This document shows positions 19,175-30,600 of a stretch of 64,000 nt of DNA, piece after piece. The stretch lies in assembly GCA_963789955.1 (NCBI GenBank), contig CAWBMV010000021.1:32001-96000 (forward strand). The letters run 5' to 3'. The translations under genes were made by a program, and so were the position numbers. Every line of letters starts with the position of its first letter. Within the stretch, counting starts at the first letter, position 1. The DNA comes from an uncultured Candidatus Rokubacteria bacterium. Its GTDB lineage: Bacteria; Methylomirabilota; Methylomirabilia; Rokubacteriales; CSP1-6. Below the pieces are notes generated by a model. It did no database searches. It had not been told where the DNA came from and worked only from the letters and a program-made list of their open reading frames with translations.

Positions 19175-21074
19175 TCACGCGCCCGACTTCAGTCGCGCCG
19201 GCGGAATCCACGAAGTCGACGTCGGCGTGATCGACGCCGGCGAGCGTGCGATAGCCCGGACCGCGATCGAAGAACGGCAGGCGGCCGCGGGCGACGCGTA
19301 GCCGCTCGCGGAGCGCGCGGGTCGCGTCGGCATCCACTCGCGGGGCGGCCGCGGGCGACGAGCCTTCGGAGCCCGCGAGCACCACGCCGTATGTCGTCGC
19401 GCGCCGCTCGGGCGCTGATCTTTCCCTCGAGCATGTCCAGCGCGACCAGCTCCGGCTCGCGCTCGAGCGGATCGCCCCACCCGCCGCCGCCCGTCGTCTC
19501 GACGCGCACGAGCGTGCCGGCCGGGATCGGCTCGTCGTCGACGAGCCCGGGCAGCACGCGCTCGTTCGGACCGCCGGGATCGACCGTGACGCGGAACGGC
19601 GCGCCCGCCTTGCCGCCCGCGCAGGCCCCAGCACGAGAGGATCGCGCGGTCGGCGACGCACAGAAACGCGCTGTCGCGCAGCGCGCGGAACTCCTTGAGG
19701 TAGCCGAGCCCGCCGCGGCGGATGCCCGGCGCCGCCCGAGTCGGTCGCGAGCGCGAGCCGCTCGATCACGAGCGGAAACCGCGTCTCGGTGAACTCGACG
19801 GGCAGGTTCTTGCTGTCGGGGACGACGTGGATCGTGTCGGAGCCGTCGGCGTAGTAGCGCCCGCCCGAGCCGCCGCCCAGCACCTCGCGCATGAGATAGA
19901 ACTGCCCGTCGGCGTCGGCCCCGTGGAAGCCGGTGTAGCGGATCGTCTCCTGGTCGGCGGGCATGCGCCCGCCGACCGCCTTGGCGATGACACCGGCCAG
20001 GATGCCGAGCAGCCGCAGGATGACGAACGTGCGCGCGTTGGTCGGCGCCGGGAACACCGGGCGTGAGCAAGGTGCCCGGCGGTGGGAACTCGCAGCTCGA
20101 TCAGCGGAACGACGCCCTCGTTGACGTCGAGCTCGGCCATGCGCTCGGGCGTGTCGGCCAGATTCCTCAGGATCGGCGCCAGCCACTTCTTGAGGAACAC
20201 GCCGTCGGCGTAGTCGCCGGCGTGGTTGATCGGACCCTTCGCCTGCGGGCTGGTGCCGGCGAAGTCGATGATCAAGCGGTCGTCGCGCTTGGTGAGCGTC
20301 ATTCGCTGCGTGTGCAGGCGCGGCGGATCGACGCCGTCGTGCTCGGCGTAGTCTTCCCACACGTACGTGCCGTCGGGGATCTTGGCCAGGAGCTCGCGCC
20401 GGAACGTCTCGGTGGTCCGCTCGAGGATCGCGTCGAAGCACGCCTCGACGTGCTCCCGGCCGTAGCGGCGGAAGAGATCGCCCAGCCGCTCGGCGCCCAT
20501 GCGGCACGCCGCGACTTCGCTGTCGAGATCGCCGCGCAGGCTGTCGGGCAGCCGCGAGTTCCGCACCATGACCTTGATGAGGTCGTCGTTCGGCACGCCG
20601 GCCTGGTAGAGCCGCACGGGCGGGACGATCAGCCCCTCCTGGTAGGCGCTGGTCGCGTGCGAGGGCATCGAGCCGGGCACCGCGCCTCCGATGTCGTCGT
20701 GATGGCCGAACGCCTGGACGAACGCGACCACGATCCCGTCGGCGAACACCGGCACGGTCACGCACAGATCGGGCAGGTGCCCGATCCCGCCCTCGGAGCC
20801 GTAGACGTCGTTGTGGAAGAAGACGTCACCGGAGCCGCATCGTCTCGAGCGGGAAATCGCGCACGATCGGCTGGACGAGCGCGGAGTACGAGCGGCCGGT
20901 GAGCTTGCGGCACTGCCGGTCGTGGATGCCGGCGCGGAAGTCGCGCGCCTCGCGGATCATCGGCGAGCGCGACGTGCGCTCGATCGCGGCCTCGACCTCG
21001 GCCTCGACCGACGCGAGCGTGCCCTCGACGATCTGGAGGACGATCGGGTCGATCGCAGGCTCGACGCTGTTCAC
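19175..21074 (-). CDS. Hydantoinase B/5-oxoprolinase family subunit, many frameshifts
   Basis: DPIVLQIV...RTSRSPMIREARDF; HHDDIGGAVPGS; YQEGL..PPV; DFAGTSPQ; GGGSGGR; ETTGGGGWGDPLER spread over several frames. Confidence 0.85.
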
Positions 21075-23200
21075 GCCTGTCCCGCTACGCGGTCGCGCGT
21101 GAGGATCAGGTTGCCGAAGCGATCCGCCACGACGCGCTGGCCGGGATAGACGACCGTGGTCGCGCCGTACTCCTCGACGATCACCGGGCCGTTCAGCGTG
21201 TCACCGGGCGCGAGGCGCGTGCGCTCGTACACCGGCACTCGAGCGGCTTCTCCGCGAAGACGACCGTCCGCTTGCCGGTGAGCGCGCGCGCCGGCCGCCC
21301 ATCGCCCGGCGGGAGCTCGCGCAGCTTGGGCCGCGCGATCGGCCCGATGCCGGTGACTCGCAGATTCACCCACTCCATCGTCTGGCGGCCCGTCGTCCCG
21401 CGATCGGTCGCACGTCGGTAGCTGTAGCCGTATCGCTGCTCGTGGGCTTCGTGGAAGCGCTCTCGCGGCCACGGCTGCGCTCCGCTCGTCGATCACCCCC
21501 GCGTGGCAGCTCCACCGCGACCTCCCAGGCCTGTCCGAAGTATCGCAGATCGGCGCTGCGCTCGACGCGCATCTCGTGCTCGGCGAAGCCCTCGCGGCGA
21601 GCGCCGCGCGGGCCAGCGCTTCGAGTCGCGCGAGGTGGGCGTTCACCATCGCGTAGTCGAGACGATCGTGGCGCTGGACGAACGTCTGCACGTAGTCGTT
21701 CTTGAGGTCGACCGTGAGCAGCCCGAAGGCGGACACGTTCCCCGGCGACGAGCGGGAATCAGCGCCGCGCGCAGGCGCAGGAGATCCACGAGCCGCCCGG
21801 CCAGCAAGGGACCGGAGCCGCCGAAGGCCACGAGCGTGTAGTCGCGCGGATCGAGCCCGCGCTTGACCGACACCTGCTGGATGGCGTTGGCCTGGTTCCA
21901 GGCCGCGATCTCGAGGATGCCCTCGGCCGCGCGCGCGGGCTCGAGGCCGAGATGCGCCGCGAGTGCCGCGATCCCCTTCTCGCGCCCGCTCGACGTCGAG
22001 CTGGATTTCTCCGCCCAGCAGGCGCGGCGGGATGCGACCCAGCAGCAGGTGCGCGTCGGTCACCGTCGGCTCGGTCGCCGCCGCGCCCGTAGCACAGCGG
22101 GCCCGGATCGGCGCCCGCGCTGCGCGGGCCCGACCTTGAGCCCGCCGTCGGGCGCGATCCACGCGATGCTGCCGCCGCCGGCGCCGACGGTGACGATGTC
22201 GATCATCGGCACCTTGACCGGGAATCGGCCCACCGCGCCGTCGGTGGTGAGGCCGGGCACCCCGTGCTCGACGAGACAGACATCGGTGCTGGTGCCGCCC
22301 AGCATCCGCGGTGAGCACACGGTCGAAGCCCGCGGCCCTGGCGAGCAAGCTCGCGCCGAGCGCGCCCGCCGCGGGGCCGCTCAGGATCGTCGTGATCGGC
22401 TGCGCCGCGACTTCGCGCGCCGAGATCACCCCGCCGTTCGACTTCATCACGTAGAACGGCACGCCCGCGCGAGCTCGGTGTCGAGGCGCGCCTGGATGGC
22501 GCCCACGTAGTCGGACACGCGCGACTTCACGAACGCGTCCACGAGCGTCGTCACCGTGCGCTCGTACTCGCGGTACTCCGGCAGCACCTCGGAGGAGATC
22601 GACACGTGCGCCCCGGGATGCTCGCGCTCGAGGATCGCGCGCATGCGCTGCTCGTGCTCGGGATTGGCGTAGGCATGGATGAAGCTCACGCCGATGGAGT
22701 CGATGCCGTGTCCCGGAACCAGCGCGCCACCTCCACGGCCTGCCGCCTCGTCGAACGGGCGCAGCACCTCGCCGCGGAAATTCAGCCGCTCGGGCACCTC
22801 GCGCACCAGGTGGAGCGGAACGATGCGTTCGGGCTTGACCCAGAAGTAGGAGTTGCCGTACCCGCGCGGCACCGCCTGCCGCGCGATCTCCAGGAGGTGA
22901 CGGAAGCCCTGGGTGGTGACGAGGCCCAGCCCGGGAACCGCTCCTGGAGGAGCGCGTTGGTCGCCACGGTGGTGCCGTGGGAGACGGAGGCGACGCCGGT
23001 CGGCACCGCCGAGCTGGCGCGACGCGGTGTGGTCGACGAGGCGCAGGATCTTGTGGATCCCGTCGAGCACGCCGACCGACGGGTCGTGGGGCGTCGACGG
23101 TGTCTTGGTCGTGAAGATCTCGCCGGTGCGCCTCGTCAACGGCGACGACGTCGGTGAACGTGCCGCCGGTGTCGATGCCGATCCGGAGGAGGCGACTCAC
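21071..23200 (-). CDS. Hydantoinase A/5-oxoprolinase family ATP-dependent subunit, many frameshifts
   Basis: IGIDTGGTFTD, HGTTVATNALL, REYERT.TT, SGPAAG, GGTSTD, IVTVGAGGGSIA, AFGGSGP, GPVIVEEYGATTVV across frames. Confidence 0.85.
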   Translation of the reverse strand: MSRLLRIGIDTGGTFTDVVAVDEAHRRDLHDQDTVDAPRPVGRRARRDPQDPAPRRPHRVAPARRCRPASPPSPTAPPWRPTRSSRSGSRAGPRHHPGLPSPPGDRAAGGAARVRQLLLLGQARTHRSAPPGARGARAAEFPRRGAAPVRRGGRPWRWRAGSGTRHRLHRRELHPCLRQSRARAAHARDPRARASRGARVDLLRGAAGVPRVRAHGDDARGRVREVARVRLRGRHPGAPRHRARAGVPFYVMKSNGGVISAREVAAQPITTILSGPAAGALGASLLARAAGFDRVLTADAGRHQHRCLSRRARGARPHHRRRGGPIPGQGADDRHRHRRRRRRQHRVDRARRRAQGRARAARAPIRARCATGAAATEPTVTDAHLLLGRIPPRLLGGEIQLDVERAREGDRGTRGASRPRARARGRGHPRDRGLEPGQRHPAGVGQARARSARLHARGLRRLRSLAGRAARGSPAPARGADSRSSPGNVSAFGLLTVDLKNDYVQTFVQRHDRLDYAMVNAHLARLEALARAALAARASPSTRCASSAAPICDTSDRPGRSRWSCHAGVIDERSAAVAARALPRSPRAAIRLQLPTCDRSRDDGPPDDGVGESASHRHRADRAAQAARAPAGRWAAGARAHRQADGRLRGEAARVPVYERTRLAPGDTLNGPVIVEEYGATTVVYPGQRVVADRFGNLILTRDRVAGQA

Positions 23201-23284
23201 AGCTGGCTCGGTTCCTTTGGTCGAGATACGCGGCCGTCGACGCGCGCTCGTTCGGCCAGAGTATATGAAGCGGGAGTTGAGCGG

Positions 23285-23626
23285 TCAAACGTCGCGACGC
23301 GCGAACTGTACGATCACCTTGGCCACCAGCTCGCCGTCCTGGGTGACCTCGCCCTCGGCGACCGCCAGTCGTTTTCCCTTTCGCAACACCCTACCCTTGC
23401 CGACGAGCGGAGCTCGCCGGGCCCGTGAAGGCAGATGCACGGTGACCGTTGCCGGCACCACCGGCGCCTCCACCGCGCGCGCCGCCGAGATCTCTCCCAA
23501 TGCGGTGAGGACGGCGAAATGACCCACGTCCGGAGCGATCTCATGCTCCGGCCGCGGATCGAGGACCAGCGAGCCGGGCTCGTCTCCAGGGCGCACGCCG
23601 AGGGTGGCGTTGAAGTCGTTCGCCAC
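23285..23626 (-). CDS. PaaI-like hotdog-fold thioesterase family protein
   Basis: 113 aa; FNATLGV N-terminus and GRVLRKGKRLAVAEGEV...GELVAK C-terminal pattern; RBS GAAGGAG. Confidence 0.7.
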   Translation of the reverse strand: MANDFNATLGVRPGDEPGSLVLDPRPEHEIAPDVGHFAVLTALGEISAARAVEAPVVPATVTVHLPSRARRAPLVGKGRVLRKGKRLAVAEGEVTQDGELVAKVIVQFARRDV

Positions 23627-23642
23627 GCGCGTTCTCCTTCCG

Positions 23643-24557
23643 CTAGCTCGGGAAGAATCGGGCCGCGGTGAAGTTCAGGATTCGATCCAGACCCGCCTGG
23701 GGGAACTTCTGCTTCATGGCGGCAATGAGCTCCCCCGCGTTGTGGGATGCCGCCAGGGCCGCCTCGAATTCGACGAGATAGGCCGTGTTGAACGTGAGCA
23801 CGTCCGGAGCGTCGGGAAGCTCGGGGTGGTTCTTGTGTCCGGCCACGACGATGCGCGGATTTCGCTCCTGGACCAGGCGAAGGGTCTCTTGCCAGGCCTT
23901 CCGGGATCCCGCATCCGTCGCCCGGAGCGAGAGGTGCACCTGGTTGAACGCGATGTCTCCGACGATCGCGGCGGCCAGAGAAGGAACCCAGACGACATTG
24001 TTCCGCGGCCCGGGCCCCACATCGCCCTGCAAGCCCGCGATGACGTCCACGGACTGACCGTCCACGGTGAAATGGGTGCCCGGCCACGGCTGCGGGATCA
24101 GGATATCCGTGGGAATCGTCTCGGCCCCGAAGCGCGCGCGGATCTGGGCCACCGTGTTGGCCAGGTCACCCTTGATGTACTCGATATCCGAAGCGCTCGC
24201 GTAAACAGGCGTGCCCGGAAAGCGCCTGAGTAGCACCGAGGCGCCATAGAAGTGATCGAAGTGTGGATGCGTGACGAGAATGGCCTTGAGGCGCCGCCCC
24301 TTTCCGGCGATGCGGTCGGCCAGCTTTTCCGCGTCGCTGATCCGGAACTGCGTATCGACGAGGATCGCCTCGGTGTCGCCATAGACGAGGGTCGAGGTCA
24401 CGCCGATCCCCTGGGCGTCCGCGGTGTAGATATCGAGCGCGAGCGGCGTCGATGCTGCGCGGGCGATGCGGCTGCCGCCGCCGGTGCACACGATGGCGAT
24501 CGCGACGATGACCGTCGCGCCGAGGAGCCCGAGCGTACGCAGGTTGTACCGGTTCAT
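23643..24557 (-). CDS. Secreted metallo-beta-lactamase-fold protein
   Basis: Signal peptide; LVDTQF, THPHFDH (HxHxDH), GDIAFN, VVAGH. Confidence 0.85.
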   Translation of the reverse strand: MNRYNLRTLGLLGATVIVAIAIVCTGGGSRIARAASTPLALDIYTADAQGIGVTSTLVYGDTEAILVDTQFRISDAEKLADRIAGKGRRLKAILVTHPHFDHFYGASVLLRRFPGTPVYASASDIEYIKGDLANTVAQIRARFGAETIPTDILIPQPWPGTHFTVDGQSVDVIAGLQGDVGPGPRNNVVWVPSLAAAIVGDIAFNQVHLSLRATDAGSRKAWQETLRLVQERNPRIVVAGHKNHPELPDAPDVLTFNTAYLVEFEAALAASHNAGELIAAMKQKFPQAGLDRILNFTAARFFPS

Positions 24558-24677
24558 ATTGAGGATCCTTTCTGGCGGAGCGTGAGGCCTCGCTTCAGCG
24601 TGCAGTATCATTCCGGCATGCCGCGCTCTCAATGCCCGAACGGCCGAGTTCCATGTCCATTCGTTCTCGGATCGGTC

Positions 24678-25606
24678 ATGTTTGACGTACTCACGGACGT
24701 GCTGGAGCAAGTCCGGCTGGCAGGGACGCTCTACTTCAGCGCCGAGCTACGCGCGCCCTGGGGAGTGAGCGTACGGCCGGAGGGCCGAGCGCCGTTCTAC
24801 ATCGTGGCCCGCGGCGGCTGCCTCCTGGAGGTCGACGGCGAGCCGGGAGCGCTCACCTTGGCCGCGGGAGACCTCGCTCTGCTGCCCCGCGCGCATCCGC
24901 ATATCATTCGCTCAGACGCGAAAGCGCCGCCCGTTCCATTCGGCAGATTCGTGAAGGAGCATCCGATGGACGAGCGCGGGTTCGTTCAGTGCGACGGCGG
25001 CAAGGGCCCGACCTCGACGCTCGTGGGCGGCTTCTTCCTGTCCCAGGAGCTCGAAGCGACGCCGTTGCTCTCGGCGCTGCCGGCCGTCGTCCATCTCCGA
25101 GCGGATGATCGCGATGTCGGGAGCTGGCTCGAGCCGACGCTGCGCTACATCGGGGTAGAGATGAGCTCGCGTACGCATGGCTCACGCTCTGTACTCAACC
25201 GGCTCGCCGACATCCTGTTCATCCAGGCGGTGCGCACCGTTCTGAGCACGGGCGCGCCCGTCCACGCGGGATGGCTCAAGGGCCTGAGCGACGGACAGGT
25301 GGCGAGAGCGCTGGCGCTGATGCACGAGCACTACGCCAAACCGTGGACGCTGACCTCGCTCGCCCGCGAGATCGGCACCTCGCGGACGGTTCTGGCATCG
25401 CGATTCCGGACGCTGGTCGGCGTGTCGCCCATGGCCTACCTCACACGATGGCGGATGCTCCACGCCGCCAGGCTGCTGCGCGAGCCACGCGCAGGCGTGG
25501 CTCAGGTCGCCGAGAAAGTCGGCTACACGTCCGAGGCGGCCTTCGCGAAGGCCTTCAAGCGGACCTGGGGCGGACGCCCGGAAAGGTCAGGCGACCGCCC
25601 CAGTGA
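24678..25606 (+). CDS. AraC family transcriptional regulator (cupin_6 N-terminal domain); late frameshift near 25565
   Basis: MFDVLTDVL...APWG; PWTL.SLA..IG.SR; VGYTSEAAFAKAFKR; alternate frame gives GRTPGKVRRPPQ-stop at 25606; divergent from the MBL gene. Confidence 0.88.
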
Positions 25607-25618
25607 CCGCGACGTCGC

Positions 25619-26809
25619 TCAGCGCATGTTGCCGGTGTGGCCGAGCGAGTAGCGACCGGGCTGTGGCCACACGGTGAGGCCGTGCGGCTCCTTGCCCACG
25701 GGAATCGTGACGACCTCGCCCGAGGTCGTGTCGATCACGTACACGACGTTGTCGTAGCGCCCCGAGAGCCAGAGTCGTTTGCCATCGGCGCTCACGTTGC
25801 CCATGTCGGGGCTGCCGCCGTTCGGGATCTTCCACGTCGTGACCACCTGGCGCGTGGCGAAGTCGAGCACGGCGACGCTGCCGGGGCCCTTCGGCTTGCC
25901 ACCGATCACGGACGAGCCGCGGTTGGCGACGTAGAGCTTCGTCCCGTCGCGGCTGGGATAGAGGCCGTGCGTGCCGACGCCGGTCTTGACGAAGCCGATT
26001 TCCTTGAACGCGTCGCCGTCGATCAGATAGACGCCGCCGCGCTTGAGCTCGGCCACGTAGAAGACCTTGCCGTCGGGACTGATGCGGATGTCCTGGGGAA
26101 TGCCACCGCCCGATAGCTTGAGGTAGCCGAGCACCTTGCGGTTGATCCAGTCGATCTTCACGAGCCGGCCCTGGTACTCGCAGGTCATCAGCAGGTACTT
26201 GCCGTCGATCGAGTAGTCGCCGTGGTTGATGCCGGCGCACCCGGGCGCCGCCACCGAGCCCTGAAGCGCCATCGTCTTCGGATCGCGAAAGTCGAGGCGC
26301 TTGAGCGCTTCGGCGACGACGATCGCCGAGCGCCCGTCCGGCGTGAAGTACATGTTGTACGGATCGTCGACGGCAACGGGCGGGCCCGGCTTGCCCGTGA
26401 CCGGGTCGATCGGGGTCAAGGTACCGTCGGTACGGTGCTCGGCATTGTTGGTGACCCACAGGGTGGTGAGGTCCCAGGACGGCACGACGTGCTGCGGATT
26501 CACGCCCACGGGAAATTTGTCGATCACCTTGAGCGTCGCCGGATCGATCACGCTGACGTCGTTGGATTGCAGATTGGGCACGTACACGCGCGGCAGCGCC
26601 TTGGCGACCGCGGGGCTGAGCTTATCGGCCGTCGTCTCGCTGTAGAGGTTGGCCGGATCGGTGACGGGTGGCATTCCAGGTACGGTCTCGATGGCCGCCA
26701 CGGCTGCGGCGGTGACGACGAGGAGACCGAGCGCAAGCGCAAGCCTCGTGAGAGGAATTATTGGCACGCTTTCACCTCTTTGAGGTTTCGATTGATTTTC
26801 GAATCGCAC
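25619..26809 (-). CDS. Secreted YVTN/YncE-type beta-propeller protein (start may be ~26767)
   Basis: Repeated YVPN..SNDVSVID, VG..P.G, SPDG..LYVAN units; signal peptide. Confidence 0.85.
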   Translation of the reverse strand: MRFENQSKPQRGESVPIIPLTRLALALGLLVVTAAAVAAIETVPGMPPVTDPANLYSETTADKLSPAVAKALPRVYVPNLQSNDVSVIDPATLKVIDKFPVGVNPQHVVPSWDLTTLWVTNNAEHRTDGTLTPIDPVTGKPGPPVAVDDPYNMYFTPDGRSAIVVAEALKRLDFRDPKTMALQGSVAAPGCAGINHGDYSIDGKYLLMTCEYQGRLVKIDWINRKVLGYLKLSGGGIPQDIRISPDGKVFYVAELKRGGVYLIDGDAFKEIGFVKTGVGTHGLYPSRDGTKLYVANRGSSVIGGKPKGPGSVAVLDFATRQVVTTWKIPNGGSPDMGNVSADGKRLWLSGRYDNVVYVIDTTSGEVVTIPVGKEPHGLTVWPQPGRYSLGHTGNMR

Positions 26810-27581
26810 TGACTGACTTGCTGACGATCAGGTCGACGCCGAGCTGGCCCAGCTCGGCGCTGGCCCGCTTGGGATCGCCCTCGACGCCGCTGGCCTCGCC
26901 GGCTGCCGGCTCCACGCGCGACGTGCTGCGAACCAGCCGCGGCTCGAGTGCCAGCGTGAGCGAGGTGTCGGCGAGGCCCGCGTGCTGACCGATCTCTTCA
27001 GCCCGGTAGCCGCGTGTTTTCAGTAACGCATCGTAGTCGGCCGTCGCGGCGCGATAGTACTCCTCCACGGCGTGTACGCGGACTGGTGACGCCGCCCACT
27101 CGCGGTTGAGGCGAGCGGCGACGGCTCGCTCGCCGGCCTGGGTCGAGCCGTGATCACCGAGAAACACGATGTCGCGAAAGCCGTGATGGCGGAAGCTCCG
27201 CGCCGCGGACTCGAGTGTCTGACGAAATGTCTCCTCGCGCACCGTGATCGTCCCCGGAAACCGCATGTGGCCGGTCGGCGGCTCGATCGAGCCTTCGGGA
27301 ACGTACGCCACGACCGGCGCGACGATCGCATTACCGAGCTCACGCGCGATCCGCTCGGCCAGCGCCTTGACCCGTGCGTTGTGCTTGCCCAGCGCCATGT
27401 GAGGGCCGTTCTGCTCGGTGCCGCCGATGGGCAGGAGCACCGTCGTCTTGCCGGCGCGGACGAGAGCCCGAAGCTCGGTCCACGTCAGATCCTCGAGCAG
27501 GATCGTATCAGGGGGCTGTGCGTGGGCCGGCGTGGTCAGAGCCAGGGCGAGACAGAGCGCCGCCAGGCGTGACGTCCTCAC
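26772..27581 (-). CDS. Creatininase family amidohydrolase with signal peptide
   Basis: LEDLTWTE, PIGGTEQNGPHM.LGKH, H..FPGTI, GDHGS, HAG..DTS. Confidence 0.88.
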   Translation of the reverse strand: MRTSRLAALCLALALTTPAHAQPPDTILLEDLTWTELRALVRAGKTTVLLPIGGTEQNGPHMALGKHNARVKALAERIARELGNAIVAPVVAYVPEGSIEPPTGHMRFPGTITVREETFRQTLESAARSFRHHGFRDIVFLGDHGSTQAGERAVAARLNREWAASPVRVHAVEEYYRAATADYDALLKTRGYRAEEIGQHAGLADTSLTLALEPRLVRSTSRVEPAAGEASGVEGDPKRASAELGQLGVDLIVSKSVSAIRKSIETSKR

Positions 27582-27652
27582 CCTTCGTACTTAGCGCACC
27601 GGGGCGCGTAGCGTCTAGAAATTAGTCTTCGTTGGCAGCGAAGTTCGTTCGA

Positions 27653-30600
27653 TCAGTACGTCATGCCGATCTCGCGATATCTGGCGGTCGCGATGGCCAT
27701 GTGCTCGTGAGCCGCCTCACCCGGGCCCGTGCGCCGGTACAGCTTGCCCAGACCGAGGTGGCAGTGAGCGACGAGGGGGCGCATCGCGCCCGGCTCGGCG
27801 AGCGCCAGCGCCTTGCGATAGTGGGCCTCGCCTCGTGAGGCGTCGAACTGGTCGGGATGCGTGGCGATATCGCCGAGCAGCTGGTGGGCATGGGCCGCGC
27901 ACCCGCGCTGAGACGGAGAATGCGTGAGAGCGCGGTCGGCCAGCCGGTACGCCTCGTCGAGCTGGTCGAGCCGCAGGGCGGCCCGACCCAGCGCATAGCA
28001 GGCTTCTCCGTGGATCCCGACGATGCCTCGCCCCGCCTCACGCTCGAGAAGGTGCTCGCCCTCGCGCAGGAGGGCCAGCGCCTCGCCGGCCTCGCCGACC
28101 TGCGCCAGCGCCCAGGCCGAGCACGCGACGGCATGAGGAAGGTTGAGGACGACGTTGCCCGTCCGGTACGCCGCCAGCCCTTGCTCGACCAGTGCGCGCG
28201 CCTGCGTCCAATCAGCTTTGAGAAGGTGAAGCCAGCCGGCGGCCAGGTACGCCATCCCGACGGGGTAGGCATGACGCGTCGGCTCGGCAAGCCGCAGCGC
28301 CTCGGTCTTGTACTGCAGAGCCTCGTCGAACCGGCCGAGCTGAGCGAGCCCCCTGACGAGGAGATAGCGATCGTAGATGGACAACGGCATCGCGGCCCCG
28401 AACGACTCGTAGCTCGAGGTCGCGGGCAGCGCCGCGAGGTTATCCATCATGAGCTCGACCACGCGCTCGTACTCACCGCGGAAGTAATTGGCTTGCGCGA
28501 GATAGGTCGCGGTCAGGAGGCGCAGGCTCAGGTCGCCGCGGCGCCGGGCGATCCGCAGCGCGCGCGCGCCGGTCGCCAGCGCCTCCTCCAGCTCGCCGAG
28601 CTGAGAATGGGCGTTCGTCATGACCGCGCAGACCCGACCTCGCCGGCCGTCGTCGTTCAACGCTTCGGCGATGGCCTCGGCCTCGCGCAGGCGCTGCATC
28701 ACACGCGGATACTCACCGAGCTGGCCCAGCAGCGGCCGCAGCTCGAGGCGGATCTCGAAACCCTGCTCGAGCGTGGACGGGCTCTCCGGCAAGGTCGCGA
28801 GGATCTCCAGCGCCTGCTCGAACCAGCTGCGGGCTTCCGGGAGCGCCGACCGCGCAGCGGCTTTCAGTCCCGCCTGCCGCAGATAGGGCACCGCTTTGTC
28901 CCACACTTCGCCGCGAACCGCATGGTGCGCGAGCCGTTCGATCTGCTCGCCGAGGCGATCGCGATGGAGCACCTCGATCGCGTCCACGAGACGTCGCGTG
29001 AAGATCGCGACGCCGCTCCTGCAGGAGGCCCCCGTACGTGACCTCGTGCGTGAGCGAGTGCTTGAACGTGTACTCGAGATCCGGGAACAGTCGCGTCTCG
29101 TAGAGCAGCTCGGCCGCCTGCAGATGCGCGAGCCCGCGCCGCAGCTCTTCTTCAGCGAGGTCGGCCACCGCCAGCAGAAGCGCGAACGGCACGCCCTTGC
29201 CGATGACCGCGGCCGCCTGGAGCAGCCGTTTGTCCTCGGGCGACAGACGATCGATGCGCGCGGCGAGGATCGCCTGGACCGACGTCGGCACCTGGGCCGC
29301 CGTGGCGTCGCGGGCGAGCTGATAGGCCCCGCGTTCGCCGACGAGGGCCTTGGTCTCCACCAGCGCGCGCACGCTCTCCTCGAGGAACAACGGGTTACCT
29401 TCGGTCCGGGTCACGAGCGTGCGCTTGAGCGCGTCGAGGCTCGTGTCGGTGCCGAGCACGCTCGTGAGGAGATCGTCGGCGCCCCGTTCCGGCAGAGGGT
29501 CCAGGCGCAGCTGCCGGTAGTAGGTCTTGCTCCCCCACCCGTGCTGGTGCTCCGGCCGGTAGTTCACGAGCAGCAGCAGCCGAGCGGTCGGGAGGCTCTC
29601 GACGAGGCTATCCAGCACCGCCTCGGTCTCGGCATCGATCCATTGCAAGTCCTCGACGAGCAGCAGGAGCGGCTGCACCTGACTCTCTCGCAGCAGCAAT
29701 CCCTTTCACGGCCTCCATGGTCCGCTGCCGGCGCTGGGAGGGATCGAGCCGGGCCCACGCGGCATCCTCGACCGGCACGTCGAGCAACGCGAGCAGTGCC
29801 GAGAGAGCGGGCTCCAGAGCTCGGTCGAGCGACAGGACCTTGCCGGTCACCTTTTCGCGGATGGTCCGTGTCTCGTGCCGCTCTTCGATGCGGAAATACG
29901 CCTTGAGCAGATCGATGATCGGGAGATAGGCCGTGGCCTTGCCGTAGGAAGCCGAGCCGCTCTCCAGCACGTGGCAGCCTTGCAAGCGATGGGAGTGCGT
30001 GAACTCCCAGTACAGGCGAGATTTGCCGACCCCGGGCTCGCCGACCACCGCGACCACCTGGCCGTGTCCGCCCTGGGCGCTTTCCAGCGCCTGATGGAGC
30101 TGCTCGATCTCGCTGTCGCGCCCGACAAAGCGGGTCAAACCGCGGGCGGCGGCGGCGTGCAATCGTGAGCGGACCGCGCCGGGCCCGACGATCTCGTAGA
30201 CTTCGATCGGCTCCGAGAGGCCCTTCACCGGGACCGGCCCTCGCGACGTGACCTGGATGTAGCCCTCGGCGAGCTGCAACGTCATCGGTGCCAGCAGGAT
30301 GCTGCCGGGTGCCGCCAGCTGCTCGACGCGAGACGCGAGATGGGTCGTCTGGCCCACGGCGGTGTAGTCCATTTGCAGATCGGAGCCGATGGCTCGAACG
30401 ACCACGCCGCCCGAGTTGATGCCGACACGAATCTGGATGAGGACGCCGTGCGAGCGGAACATCTCGTCGGCGTGACGCTTGACCGACTCCTGCATCCTGA
30501 GCGCCGCGTAGCACGCGCGCACGGCGTGATCCTCGTGCGCCACCGGCGCTCCGAAGAGCGCCATGATTCCGTCGCCCAGCACCTGGTTCACCGTCCCCTC

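Noticed and set aside
19175..23200. Programmed frameshifting or genuine pseudogenes in the hydantoinase genes
   Set aside because: Too many shifts, no slippery heptamers noticed, motifs intact; sequencing error is simpler
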